Assembly: GCA_041661505.1 (NCBI GenBank)
Contig: JBAZUF010000001.1
Coordinates: forward strand, 241,576-305,575
Length of the DNA stretch: 64,000 nucleotides
Reading direction: 5' to 3'
DNA from: Patescibacteria group bacterium
Lineage (GTDB): Bacteria > Patescibacteriota > Patescibacteriia > Patescibacteriales > JBAZCA01
Both the position numbers and the translations under genes were made by a program. Each line of letters starts with the position of its first letter. The stretch's first letter is position 1. Under the pieces are notes generated by a model. It did not search any database. It was given only the letters and a program-made list of their open reading frames with translations, and had not been told where the DNA came from. Of this stretch, positions 45,627 to 54,329 are shown piece by piece.

Positions 45627-46571
45627 ATGTACGATATTGCAATAATCGGCGCCGGTCCAGCCGGACTGTCCGCCTCGGTTTATGCTTCCCGCTACGGTTT
45701 AAAAAACGTAGTTTTTGGCTTTCCTGGCGGACTGACTTCGGAGACGCATGAAATCGGCAATTGGCTGGGAACAAAGCTCTTAAACGGCCAGGAATTTGCT
45801 AAAAATTCAGAAGAGCATGCCAAAAGCCTGGGAGCCCAAATTGTCCCGACTTTAGTAAAAACCATCGAACGGAAAGACGGCCATTTTAATATTGAAACCC
45901 AAAAAGCGGAAAAATTCGAGGCTAAAACTATGCTTTTAGCCATGGGAACGGCCCATCGGCGGCTGGAAATCGAAGGGGAAAAAAAATTCCACGGCCGGGG
46001 CGTTTCCTACTGCGCCACCTGCGACGGATTCTTCTTCCGGGGGAAAACCGTAGCTGTAATCGGCGGCGGCGACGCGGCGGCTGAAGGCGCGGTCTTTTTA
46101 GCCGATCTGGCGTCGCAAGTTTACCTAATCCACCGCCGCGACGAACTGCGGGCCGAGGATTACTGGGGCAATCTGGTAAAAAACAATGCGAAAATTAAAA
46201 TCATTTATTCAACCAATGTCCTGGAAATTACCGGCGGCGATAAAGTGGAGAGCATCCGGCTGGACAAACCTTATGACGGATCGAATGAACTGAAAGTTGA
46301 CGGCGTTTTTATCGAGATTGGCGCCGCTCCCAATATTGAACTTCTGAAATTATGCAAAGTTGATTTGGATGAAGGCGGATATGTAATCATCGATACTTCG
46401 GGAAAAACCTCGATCAAAGGGATTTGGGCGGCCGGGGATTTAACTACCGGTTCGGACAAATTCCGGCAAATTGTAACCGCCGCTTCGGAAGGCGCCATTG
46501 CCGCGCACAGCATCAAGCAATTTTTGAAGGGCAATAATAACAACACCCAATATTTAGAGAAGGCCGCCTAA
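45627..46571 (+). CDS. trxB: Thioredoxin-disulfide reductase
   Basis: 314 aa with GAGPAG, redox-active CATCDG, and GGGDAA/GD motifs. Confidence 0.93.
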   Translation: MYDIAIIGAGPAGLSASVYASRYGLKNVVFGFPGGLTSETHEIGNWLGTKLLNGQEFAKNSEEHAKSLGAQIVPTLVKTIERKDGHFNIETQKAEKFEAKTMLLAMGTAHRRLEIEGEKKFHGRGVSYCATCDGFFFRGKTVAVIGGGDAAAEGAVFLADLASQVYLIHRRDELRAEDYWGNLVKNNAKIKIIYSTNVLEITGGDKVESIRLDKPYDGSNELKVDGVFIEIGAAPNIELLKLCKVDLDEGGYVIIDTSGKTSIKGIWAAGDLTTGSDKFRQIVTAASEGAIAAHSIKQFLKGNNNNTQYLEKAA

Positions 46572-46639
46572 AGCGGACTTCATTTATTTAATGCCTCGAG
46601 CATTTGAGCGGGTTAGCTCATAGGCAGGGGCCTAAAATT

Positions 46640-47962
46640 ATGGCCAAGGATAAAATCCTGGAAAGAGCCAAAAAGGAGGGAGTAGAATTTATTAATCTCC
46701 AGTTTACGGACATTTTGGGAATCGTTAAAGCGGTAACTATTCCCGCGACCAAGCTTGAGGAGGCTATCGACAACAATGTCTGGTTTGACGGGTCGTCAAT
46801 CCAGGGATTTATGAGAATCTTCGAATCGGACATGTTTTTAAAGCTGGACCTCCCCACTTTTGCCATCCTCCCCTGGCAAAAAAATACGGCGCGGATTATC
46901 TGCGATGTTTATTTGCCGGACGGCTCTCCCTTTCCCGGTGATCCCCGGCAGGCTTTAAAAAAACAATTGGCCATCGCCGCCGAAATGGGATTTACTTACA
47001 ATGTCGGACCGGAATTGGAATTTTTCATTTTCAAGAAAGATAACGGGACGATTACCGCCCTGCCGCATGATACGGCCGGCTATTTTGATTTATCCACCGA
47101 TTTAGCCCAAGAAATCAGGCAGGAAATGACTTTAACTTTGCAAGCGTTAAATATTGACGTTGAGGCCCTGCATCATGAGGTCGCTATCGGCCAGCATGAA
47201 ATTGATTTTAAGTACGCTGACGCCTTAACTACTGCCGACCGGGCGGTTACTTTCCGCTACGCTTTAAAAGCCATCGCCCAAAAGCACGGGCTGCATGTTT
47301 CATTTATGCCCAAGCCTATTCAGGGCATAAACGGTTCCGGCATGCATGTCCACCAAAGTTTTTTTGATTTAAAAGGAGAAAAAAATTTATTTTTTGATGC
47401 CGGCAATAAGTACCATCTATCCGAGATCGCGCTGAATTTTATCGCCGGCCAGCTTTATCACGCCCGCGGCTTTTCGGCGATTACTAATCCCCTAGTCAAT
47501 TCGTACAAGCGCCTGATTCCGGGATACGAAGCGCCGGTTTATGTTGCTTGGGGCCAGACTAACCGGTCGGCGCTAATAAGGATTCCGCGCTATACTCCGG
47601 GAAGAGAAAAGGCGGTCCGGTGCGAACTCCGATGCCCGGACCCGTCGACTAATCCATATTTGGCGTTTACCGTAATGCTCGCCGCCGGATTGGACGGAAT
47701 AAAAAACAAAAAAAATCCGCCCGAACCGATTGAAGAAAATATTTTTAAATTTTCCGATGAGGACGCCAAGAAAAAAGGCGTCGGCAATATGCCGGAAAAT
47801 CTGCGCTACGCAATCAAGGCCCTGCAGGAAAATGAAGTAGTAAAAACCGCTTTGGGAGAGCACATCTATAACCAATACATTACCGCGAAAAGATGCGAAT
47901 GGGACGGCTACAAAACTTACGTTTCCAAATGGGAGCATGACCAGTATTTGGAAATTTACTAA
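46640..47962 (+). CDS. glnA: Glutamine synthetase type I
   Basis: About 440 aa from MAKDKILE…, with FDGSSI, PELEFF, NGSGMHVHQS and NRSALIR motifs. I prefer the internal ATG at 46640 over 46604. Confidence 0.93.
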   Translation: MAKDKILERAKKEGVEFINLQFTDILGIVKAVTIPATKLEEAIDNNVWFDGSSIQGFMRIFESDMFLKLDLPTFAILPWQKNTARIICDVYLPDGSPFPGDPRQALKKQLAIAAEMGFTYNVGPELEFFIFKKDNGTITALPHDTAGYFDLSTDLAQEIRQEMTLTLQALNIDVEALHHEVAIGQHEIDFKYADALTTADRAVTFRYALKAIAQKHGLHVSFMPKPIQGINGSGMHVHQSFFDLKGEKNLFFDAGNKYHLSEIALNFIAGQLYHARGFSAITNPLVNSYKRLIPGYEAPVYVAWGQTNRSALIRIPRYTPGREKAVRCELRCPDPSTNPYLAFTVMLAAGLDGIKNKKNPPEPIEENIFKFSDEDAKKKGVGNMPENLRYAIKALQENEVVKTALGEHIYNQYITAKRCEWDGYKTYVSKWEHDQYLEIY

Positions 47963-48025
47963 GCTATGCTCCGGCTAAGCCGGCAGATTAATTTGCATTG
48001 TCAAGCAACAAGCCCGTAAACAAAA

Positions 48026-48053
48026 ACCGTCCCGCAGAATAGGGACGGTTTTT
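48026..48053. terminator. Bidirectional rho-independent terminator (glnA on + / membrane protein gene on -)
   Basis: 8-bp stem ACCGTCCC(48026-48033)/GGGACGGT(48042-48049), flanked by an A-run and a T-run. Confidence 0.75.
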
Positions 48054-48065
48054 AAATACGAAGAT

Positions 48066-48515
48066 TTAGGTCTTTAAATACCGATTTTTCAATTCATGTG
48101 AAATTATGGTCGGGATATAGAAAGTGACATCGGCGGCGAACTTTCCCGCTAAAATTCCTAACCCGTAATTCCCTATCCAAACGGGAAAAATATAAAGGCA
48201 AAACGGCCGGATAAACAGGCTGTCTAAAACTTCCGCCGGGCCGAATTCAATTATCATATCCTTCACGTTTCTTAAAAATCCGCGAAAGCCATATTTTAAT
48301 TTTAGTTCCCGGTCTTTTTTTTCGGTCTCAAAAACATCGCGCAACAGGATAAATAGATAAAAGCCGATATTCTCGCCAATTACTCCCGCGTAAGCGGAAA
48401 AAGTCCGGTCGCCGGTAATAAGATAAGAAAGGCCGGAGCACGAAAAAGCTCCGATCGCCGCCAATAGCTCGGCCGCCCAGTATCTTTTAAACCATTCCCT
48501 GGCTTTGTTTTTCAT
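48066..48515 (-). CDS. Hypothetical membrane protein
   Basis: 149 aa with 4 hydrophobic segments and no recognised motif. Confidence 0.55.
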   Translation of the reverse strand: MKNKAREWFKRYWAAELLAAIGAFSCSGLSYLITGDRTFSAYAGVIGENIGFYLFILLRDVFETEKKDRELKLKYGFRGFLRNVKDMIIEFGPAEVLDSLFIRPFCLYIFPVWIGNYGLGILAGKFAADVTFYIPTIISHELKNRYLKT

Positions 48516-48551
48516 TTTCGTCTTTTATTTTGCTGTTTGCATTTTTTATTA

Positions 48552-49439
48552 TTACCATGACCCGCTTGATCCGCCCCCGCCCGAGCTTCCGCCGCCGAAT
48601 CCGCCGAATCCCCCTCCCCAGCCGCCCCTGCCGCCGAATCCGCCGCCGGCCCACCACGGGATGCGGCTTCCTAATTTTTTACTTTTGCTAAAAGAGGAGG
48701 AAACCGCGTAGTCAAAAAGCAGCCCCAGGGCGGAAAGAATCCCGATAGAAATTAAGCCAAAAAATAAAAATCCTTTAAAGACGGTAATTACAATTCCGAT
48801 AACTGCGCCGATTATTCCTCCAAGCCACCAGGATTTGCTCCTGGCCAAGATGCTGGCCAGCCAGCTAAAAACGATGAAAATGAGGAATATTAAAAATTCA
48901 ATTGTATCGCCGTTAATTTTACTAAAAATTGATTTTTTTTCAGCCGAAGCTGAAGGAATTACCCCGCCTTTAGCGGCGGCGATTATTTTATCAACTGCGC
49001 CATCGAAGCCCATAAAATATTTTTCACTTCTGAAGGCCGGCTTCATTATATCGTTAATAATCCAGCTTGTTTGCGCGTCGGTCAAATTTCCTTCCAGTCC
49101 ATAACCGACCTCAATTCTCATTTTCCGATCATTAATAGCTGCCAATACCAATACTCCGTTATCTTTTCCTTTTTCACCGATTCCCCATTCACTAAATAGC
49201 TCTGACGCGTAATTTTCGATCGAGTCGCCATCCAGGCTTTTTATAGTTACGACGGCGATTTCGTTTCCGGTTTCTTTTTTGAAGCTATCGAGCTTGGTTT
49301 CAAGCGCTCCTTTATCGCCTAAAACTCCGGCAAAATCATTAACCAAGCCACTCGGCTTTCCGGGGCTGGAATAGGCTAGAACCGGCAGGGCTAGAACCAA
49401 AAATATTACGAGGCTAATTAATAACCTTGGGCATTTCAT
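48552..49439 (-). CDS. TPM-domain (YgcG-like) protein with C-terminal TM helices and a Gly-rich tail
   Basis: 295 aa with a signal peptide, V(N)DFAGVL…EIAVVTI…GYGLEG, and the tail GGGFGGRGGWGGGFGGFGGGSSGGGGSSGSW. Confidence 0.85.
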   Translation of the reverse strand: MKCPRLLISLVIFLVLALPVLAYSSPGKPSGLVNDFAGVLGDKGALETKLDSFKKETGNEIAVVTIKSLDGDSIENYASELFSEWGIGEKGKDNGVLVLAAINDRKMRIEVGYGLEGNLTDAQTSWIINDIMKPAFRSEKYFMGFDGAVDKIIAAAKGGVIPSASAEKKSIFSKINGDTIEFLIFLIFIVFSWLASILARSKSWWLGGIIGAVIGIVITVFKGFLFFGLISIGILSALGLLFDYAVSSSFSKSKKLGSRIPWWAGGGFGGRGGWGGGFGGFGGGSSGGGGSSGSW

Positions 49440-49442
49440 GCC

Positions 49443-50009
49443 TTATTGGTTAGTATTTAAGTCGACTTTAGGAGCGTTTTCCGCTCCGGTCTGGGCTTCA
49501 AAATAATTCCGCTCCTCAAATCCGAACATGCCGGCAATCCATTTTGAAGGCACTCTCTTAATCATTAAGTTATAGTCTTTCGCCGTATCATTATACCTTT
49601 TCCTTTCCACGCTGATCCGATTTTCCGTTCCTTCCAGCTGGGCCATCAAAGTTTGGACATTCTCGGCTGATTTCAGCTGGGGATAATTCTCCATAACGAC
49701 CAATAACCGGGCCAAAGCTCCTTCTACCTGGGTTGCCGCCCCGGCTTTTTGGTTGTCATCACCGGCTCCGGCGTAGCGGGTCCGGGCGTCGGCCAAGTCG
49801 GAAAAAACCTTTTGTTCCTGCGCCATAACGCCTTTAACCGATTCAACTAAATTGGGAATCAAATCATAGCGCCTTTGGTATTGGCTTTCGACTTGGGCCC
49901 ATTGGTTGTCCGCCGATTCGTTTAAAGAAATCAGCCGGTTATAAGAGGACCAGGCATAAATTCCTGCGATCGCGGCAATAATGACTATTGCCAATAATGC
50001 TTTTTTCAT
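49443..50009 (-). CDS. lemA: LemA family protein
   Basis: 188 aa with an N-terminal TM helix, YNRLI…W(A)QVESQYQRRYDLIPNLV…ENYPQLKS…EGTENRI…R..YN. Confidence 0.9.
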   Translation of the reverse strand: MKKALLAIVIIAAIAGIYAWSSYNRLISLNESADNQWAQVESQYQRRYDLIPNLVESVKGVMAQEQKVFSDLADARTRYAGAGDDNQKAGAATQVEGALARLLVVMENYPQLKSAENVQTLMAQLEGTENRISVERKRYNDTAKDYNLMIKRVPSKWIAGMFGFEERNYFEAQTGAENAPKVDLNTNQ

Positions 50010-50048
50010 AGAGGTATTTTAATAATAAAATTCGATTAAACCTTATTT

Positions 50049-50864
50049 TTACAAATTCTTTTTGTAAAATTCCTTAAAAAGTCGGCTGATTAATTTAGTC
50101 CTGGAAAAATCGGTTTCCATAACCAATTCGTCAATAATCTTTATCGGCATAACATTGAACAAAGTGCTGGTCAGAAATACTTCATCGTAATCTTTTAAAT
50201 TTTCCGGTTTTATGCCCTCATGCCTGATTTCAAAATCATTTTTCGCCGCTTCTAAAACAATTTTTTTTGTAATCCCTTCTAAAACTTTTTCCGCCGGCGG
50301 GACAAAAAGAGCCTTCCCTTTTATCGCGAAAAAATTGCTCCGGGTCCCTTCCCGGATAAATCCTTCGTTGTCGATAAGCAATGCCTCAATAGCTCCGTTT
50401 TTCCTCGCTTCCCGATAAGCTAAAAAGCTTAAAAGCAAATCTTTGGTCTTTGACTGGGGAATCCGCCTTTCACCAGGGTAAGTAATTGCTTTCGCGCCTT
50501 GTTTATAGAGCTTATCCGGATAAAAAGTTAAGCCTGTAACCTGAAAAATGAACAATTTTTCTTCGCCTTTTTCATCCGGGTCTCCAATTAAAACGATTCG
50601 GAGTAAGGAATCTTTAATGCTGTTGGCCTTCACCAGCTCATTTAGCCAAACTACCACATCTTCCCGCTTAAAAAGGTGCTTCAATCCGATCAGTTCGGCT
50701 GATTCAAAAAGCCGGTCAACATGATAATCGGGAAAAAATACTTTTCCCTGGATGACTTTTATCGATGAATAGACGGCAAAATCAAAAAAATACCCCTTGT
50801 CGGCAATAGGGATTTTTGCTTCTTTTTCATCGATCAGTTTTCCGTTAAAAATTACTTTTGCCAT
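50049..50864 (-). CDS. Class IV aminotransferase (branched-chain / D-amino-acid aminotransferase family)
   Basis: 271 aa, …EGTRSNFFAIKGKALFVPP…LEGITKK… and a fold-type IV pattern. Confidence 0.82.
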   Translation of the reverse strand: MAKVIFNGKLIDEKEAKIPIADKGYFFDFAVYSSIKVIQGKVFFPDYHVDRLFESAELIGLKHLFKREDVVVWLNELVKANSIKDSLLRIVLIGDPDEKGEEKLFIFQVTGLTFYPDKLYKQGAKAITYPGERRIPQSKTKDLLLSFLAYREARKNGAIEALLIDNEGFIREGTRSNFFAIKGKALFVPPAEKVLEGITKKIVLEAAKNDFEIRHEGIKPENLKDYDEVFLTSTLFNVMPIKIIDELVMETDFSRTKLISRLFKEFYKKNL

Positions 50865-50903
50865 ATCATTCTTTGAACAGCCGGCTAAAGTTCCAAAATA
50901 AAA

Positions 50904-51239
50904 TTAATGATTCGATCTGGCCGCCCAGTTAAAAGGATAAAAGTATTTTCGCCAGAGATCGTCGGTTGAACTCCATTGGTTATCACCCATAAAATAATCG
51001 CAAAGCATCTCCCTTACCCGCGCCAGCTCTTTTAAGCGCCCGCGGGTTTTATTTTTTTTGTCTGCCAAAGTTAAATCAATTAATTCCAGCGCCCGAAAAA
51101 AAGCTTTCTCGCTGTAATCCTTATTTTTCTCGCGCCAAATAATCGTCCGCTCCACTTCCGAGCCGATATTGGCCATCTGTTCAAATATGCTAAATTTAAA
51201 CCATCGGCCTTCAGCGGCTTGTTTGTGAGTATAGTTCAT
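50904..51239 (-). CDS. Hypothetical protein, 4-nt start/stop overlap with the upstream DUF5674 gene
   Basis: 111 aa, helical, with no motif recognised. Coding is supported by the ATGA overlap and ORF length. Confidence 0.55.
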   Translation of the reverse strand: MNYTHKQAAEGRWFKFSIFEQMANIGSEVERTIIWREKNKDYSEKAFFRALELIDLTLADKKNKTRGRLKELARVREMLCDYFMGDNQWSSTDDLWRKYFYPFNWAARSNH

Positions 51240-51574
51240 CTTTCAATTAAATTATTGACGATAATAATTATTTTTTTTCTTATTTCCTCGCTTTCCACTC
51301 CCCGGCTCCGGTTTTCTTGCCCTGGCCGCAAGTTTATCATGGAATCGAATTCCACGAAGGCCTCTCCGGTTTCTTCCGGATAAATATTTATGCCCCATAA
51401 ATATTTCTGGCCCGAACCCTGCTCCAGCATCAAGGCTTCAAGATCGGCGTGAAACTCAGCGTCAACGGCCATAATCCCTTTTTCCACGTCAACCACGGCT
51501 TTAACAAAGTCGCCAAGCCTTTTTGACTTTTCTTTTAAGTCATTAATTGAAATTTTGTCTTTGATAATTTCCAT
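51236..51574 (-). CDS. DUF5674-like protein
   Basis: 113 aa from MEIIKDKISINDL…VKAVVDVEKGIMAVDAEFHADLE…LWGINIYP…EFDSMINLRP. The track ORF (to 51712) runs through the tRNA-Ser gene, so I trimmed it to the ATG at 51574. Confidence 0.7.
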   Translation of the reverse strand: MEIIKDKISINDLKEKSKRLGDFVKAVVDVEKGIMAVDAEFHADLEALMLEQGSGQKYLWGINIYPEETGEAFVEFDSMINLRPGQENRSRGVESEEIRKKIIIIVNNLIER

Positions 51575-51575
51575 C

Positions 51576-51665
51576 TGGCGGAGAGAGAGGGATTCGAACC
51601 CTCGAGAGCTTTTACACCCTACGCGCTTTCCAAGCGCGCGCCATCGGCCACTAGGCGACCTCTCC
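51576..51665 (-). tRNA. tRNA-Ser (anticodon GGA), long variable arm, CCA encoded
   Basis: Folded by hand on the minus strand: acceptor GGAGAGG/TCTCTCC, anticodon stem CGCGC/GCGCG with loop TTGGAAA, long extra arm, T-arm GAGGG-TTCGAAT-CCCTC, then G-CCA. Confidence 0.92.
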
Positions 51666-51728
51666 AATTTATTAATTTCCGGGACTAATGCACGCCAGCG
51701 CGCATTCCGCAACAGGCATCAAAACAGA

Positions 51729-52460
51729 CTAACTGTTTTGCAATAACTTATCAATAATCGTTTTTACTCCTGCATTCTGTTTTCCGTCATTGCCGGTATA
51801 GTCTTCAAAAGGATAGGCGCCCGGATAAATATAATTATTGATGAAAAAAGTCGGGGTGCCCTCGGCGCCGGCCGCTCTTCCCTCGGCCGATTGGCTCTCT
51901 ACTTTTTCTTTATATTTATCACTATCCAAGCAGGTATTAAATTGTTCTTCAGCCAAGCCTAAACCTTTTGCGTCTTTTTTAAATTGGTCAGCGGATAAAT
52001 TTTTGTCTTTCGCGTCTTGAAATAACATATCATGCATTTCCCAAAATTTTCCCTGTTCAGCGGCGCATTCGGAAGCCATAGCAGCGGATAAAGCGGAAGA
52101 ATGCATGGCGAGCGGCCGGTGGCGGAAAGCGATTACTACTTTTCCCTGATAATTTTCCATGACCTTTTTCACGGTATCAGCAAGCCTTCCGCAAAAGGGG
52201 CATTCAAAGTCGCTATAGATTACCATTTTTACCGGATTATTCAAATCACCCCAAAGATGGTCTTTGTCGGAAATCTCCGAAAGCTTGCCTTCCTGATTTT
52301 CGGCTTCAGCAGGCAGGATGTTGTTTTCCTTTATCGAATTCTCCAAATTATTTTCCGCGCTATTCTTTTTTTCCGGCAGTAGCAATACGGAAACAACCGT
52401 CAAAACTGACAGGGCGCAAACTATGCTTAAAATTCCCAGAGGTGATTTTAATTTGAACAT
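51729..52460 (-). CDS. DsbA-family thiol:disulfide oxidoreductase (secreted or anchored)
   Basis: 243 aa with a signal anchor, active site FECPFC and thioredoxin-fold context (GTPTFFIN). Confidence 0.85.
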   Translation of the reverse strand: MFKLKSPLGILSIVCALSVLTVVSVLLLPEKKNSAENNLENSIKENNILPAEAENQEGKLSEISDKDHLWGDLNNPVKMVIYSDFECPFCGRLADTVKKVMENYQGKVVIAFRHRPLAMHSSALSAAMASECAAEQGKFWEMHDMLFQDAKDKNLSADQFKKDAKGLGLAEEQFNTCLDSDKYKEKVESQSAEGRAAGAEGTPTFFINNYIYPGAYPFEDYTGNDGKQNAGVKTIIDKLLQNS

Positions 52461-52490
52461 ATAATATTTTAGAGTAATTAAATTTTCTAT

Positions 52491-53966
52491 CTAAATGCCG
52501 GGCTTCGCTTTATGCCACTGGGTGGCTTTTTCGTATTGGTGGCCGATCCGGAGGATTGTCGCTTCGTCGAGGCGCTTGCCGATTAATTGCATCCCGACCG
52601 GCATCGGAATTTTCCCGTCGTCCGGAACGGCAAACCCGCAAGGAACGGATATGGCAGGCAAGCCGGCTAAAGACGGGCCGGCCATAAAAATATCTTCCAA
52701 ATACATTTTTAACGGATCATCCACCTGCTGACCGACTTTGAAAGCCGGGTGCGGCGCGGTCGGGGTTAAGAGGCAGTCCACATCTTCCAAGGCCGCGTAC
52801 ATCTCTTCCCGAATTTTAGTTCTTACTTTTTGGGCTTGCAGGTAGTAAGCATCATAATAACCGGCCGACAATGCGTAAGTACCGAGCATGATTCTCCGCT
52901 TAGCTTCCGGCCCAAATCCCTTGCCCCGGCTTTTCGAATAAATTTCAAATAAATTTTTAGCGCCGTTTTGCTCTGAAAATCCGTAACGGATTCCATCAAA
53001 GCGCGCCAGATTAGAACTGACTTCCGAAGGGGTGATAATATAATAAACCGGGATAGCATACTTCGTGTGGGGCAAGCTGACTTTCTTAAATTTTACTCCG
53101 AGCTTTTTCAAAGCTTCTATCGCCTCATTCACCGCCTCAACTACGCCAGTATGCACCCCTTCAATAAAATATTCATCCGGCAAGCCGACAGTCATTCCTT
53201 TTATTGATTTATCCAGGCCCTTGGCATAGTCTGGGACTTTGGACGGAACAGTGGTAGCATCATTTTTATCTTCGCCGGCTATTGTCCTTAATACGATTGC
53301 GGTATCTTCCACGGTTTTTCCGAGTACTCCGGGAACGTCAGTCGAGCTGGTCATGGCTATCAGACCAAACCTGGAAGCCCGGCCATAGGTTGGTTTTAGC
53401 CCTACAATGCCGCAAAATGAAGCCGGATACCTGGTTGACCCTCCGGTATCGGTGCCTAAAGCAAAAGCGCACATATCGGCCGCCACTCCGGCGCCAGATC
53501 CGCCCGAAGATCCGCCCGGCACCCGTTCCAAGTCCCACGGGTTATGAGTTGCCCCATAAGCCGAGTTATCGGTTGACGCGCCGTGGGCGAACTCATCCAG
53601 GTTAGTCTTCCCGAGAATTACCGCGCCAGCGTCCTTCAGTCTTTTAATTACTGTCGCGTCATAAGGGGCGATATAATTATCTAAAATTTTTGAGGCGGCC
53701 GTTGTCCGGATGCCCGCGGTCATGATGTTGTCTTTAACAAGCATTGGAACGCCTAACAATTCGCCTTTCTCGCCTTTAGCGCGGCGTTTATCAGCTTCAC
53801 GAGCCGCCTCCATAGCCTCTTCATCGCACACCGTTAAACAGGCTTTGACTTTGGTATCAATGCCTTTGATTCGCGCTATGCAATCGGCAGCCAGCTCTTC
53901 GGAACTGATTTCGCCCTTGTCCAGTTTTTCGCCAGCTTGTTTTATTGTTAGTTCATTTAAATTCAT
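52491..53966 (-). CDS. gatA: Glutamyl/aspartyl-tRNA amidotransferase subunit A
   Basis: 491 aa with the amidase signature GGSSGGSGAGVAA and typical GatA colinearity. Confidence 0.93.
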   Translation of the reverse strand: MNLNELTIKQAGEKLDKGEISSEELAADCIARIKGIDTKVKACLTVCDEEAMEAAREADKRRAKGEKGELLGVPMLVKDNIMTAGIRTTAASKILDNYIAPYDATVIKRLKDAGAVILGKTNLDEFAHGASTDNSAYGATHNPWDLERVPGGSSGGSGAGVAADMCAFALGTDTGGSTRYPASFCGIVGLKPTYGRASRFGLIAMTSSTDVPGVLGKTVEDTAIVLRTIAGEDKNDATTVPSKVPDYAKGLDKSIKGMTVGLPDEYFIEGVHTGVVEAVNEAIEALKKLGVKFKKVSLPHTKYAIPVYYIITPSEVSSNLARFDGIRYGFSEQNGAKNLFEIYSKSRGKGFGPEAKRRIMLGTYALSAGYYDAYYLQAQKVRTKIREEMYAALEDVDCLLTPTAPHPAFKVGQQVDDPLKMYLEDIFMAGPSLAGLPAISVPCGFAVPDDGKIPMPVGMQLIGKRLDEATILRIGHQYEKATQWHKAKPGI

Positions 53967-54011
53967 ATTTCATCTTGACCATGCTTCATGTTTTCACGGC
54001 TTGCGTTATTA

Positions 54012-54305
54012 TTATCCAAAAACTTTTTTAACTTTAACAAACCGGCCTTCGCAGTCCGGAGAATCTTTTAGGGCCGCCTCTACCTCGGCTTTGTCCCACT
54101 CTTCGATTTTATCTTCTCTCAACATATTTTCCAATCCGGTAACTTGCGCCGTCGGCTCCACTCCGGTTGTATCGACTTCTTTCAGCATATCAATATACCC
54201 CAAAATCCCTTCGAGCTGTCCGCCGTATTTTTTCAATTCTTCCTCCGTTAAATCCAGCCGCGCCAATTTAGCAATATGCTCAATTTCTTTTTTAGTTAAT
54301 TCCAT
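54012..54305 (-). CDS. gatC: Glutamyl/aspartyl-tRNA amidotransferase subunit C
   Basis: 97 aa, IEHIAKLARLDLTEEELKKY…QLEGILGYIDMLKEVDT. Confidence 0.9.
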   Translation of the reverse strand: MELTKKEIEHIAKLARLDLTEEELKKYGGQLEGILGYIDMLKEVDTTGVEPTAQVTGLENMLREDKIEEWDKAEVEAALKDSPDCEGRFVKVKKVFG

Positions 54306-54329
54306 ACCCTTAACTTATTAGTATTATAT

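Noticed and set aside
48505-48711. Proline-rich ORF (PPPPELPPPNPPNPPPQPPLPPNPP)
   Set aside because: It is the reverse-complement reading of the Gly-rich C-terminal tail (GGC/GGA repeats) of the TPM-domain gene, so it is an artefact of low-complexity sequence.
51575-51712. N-terminal extension of track ORF 51236..51712
   Set aside because: The extension is read straight through the tRNA-Ser(GGA) gene (51576..51665). I trimmed the CDS to the ATG at 51574.
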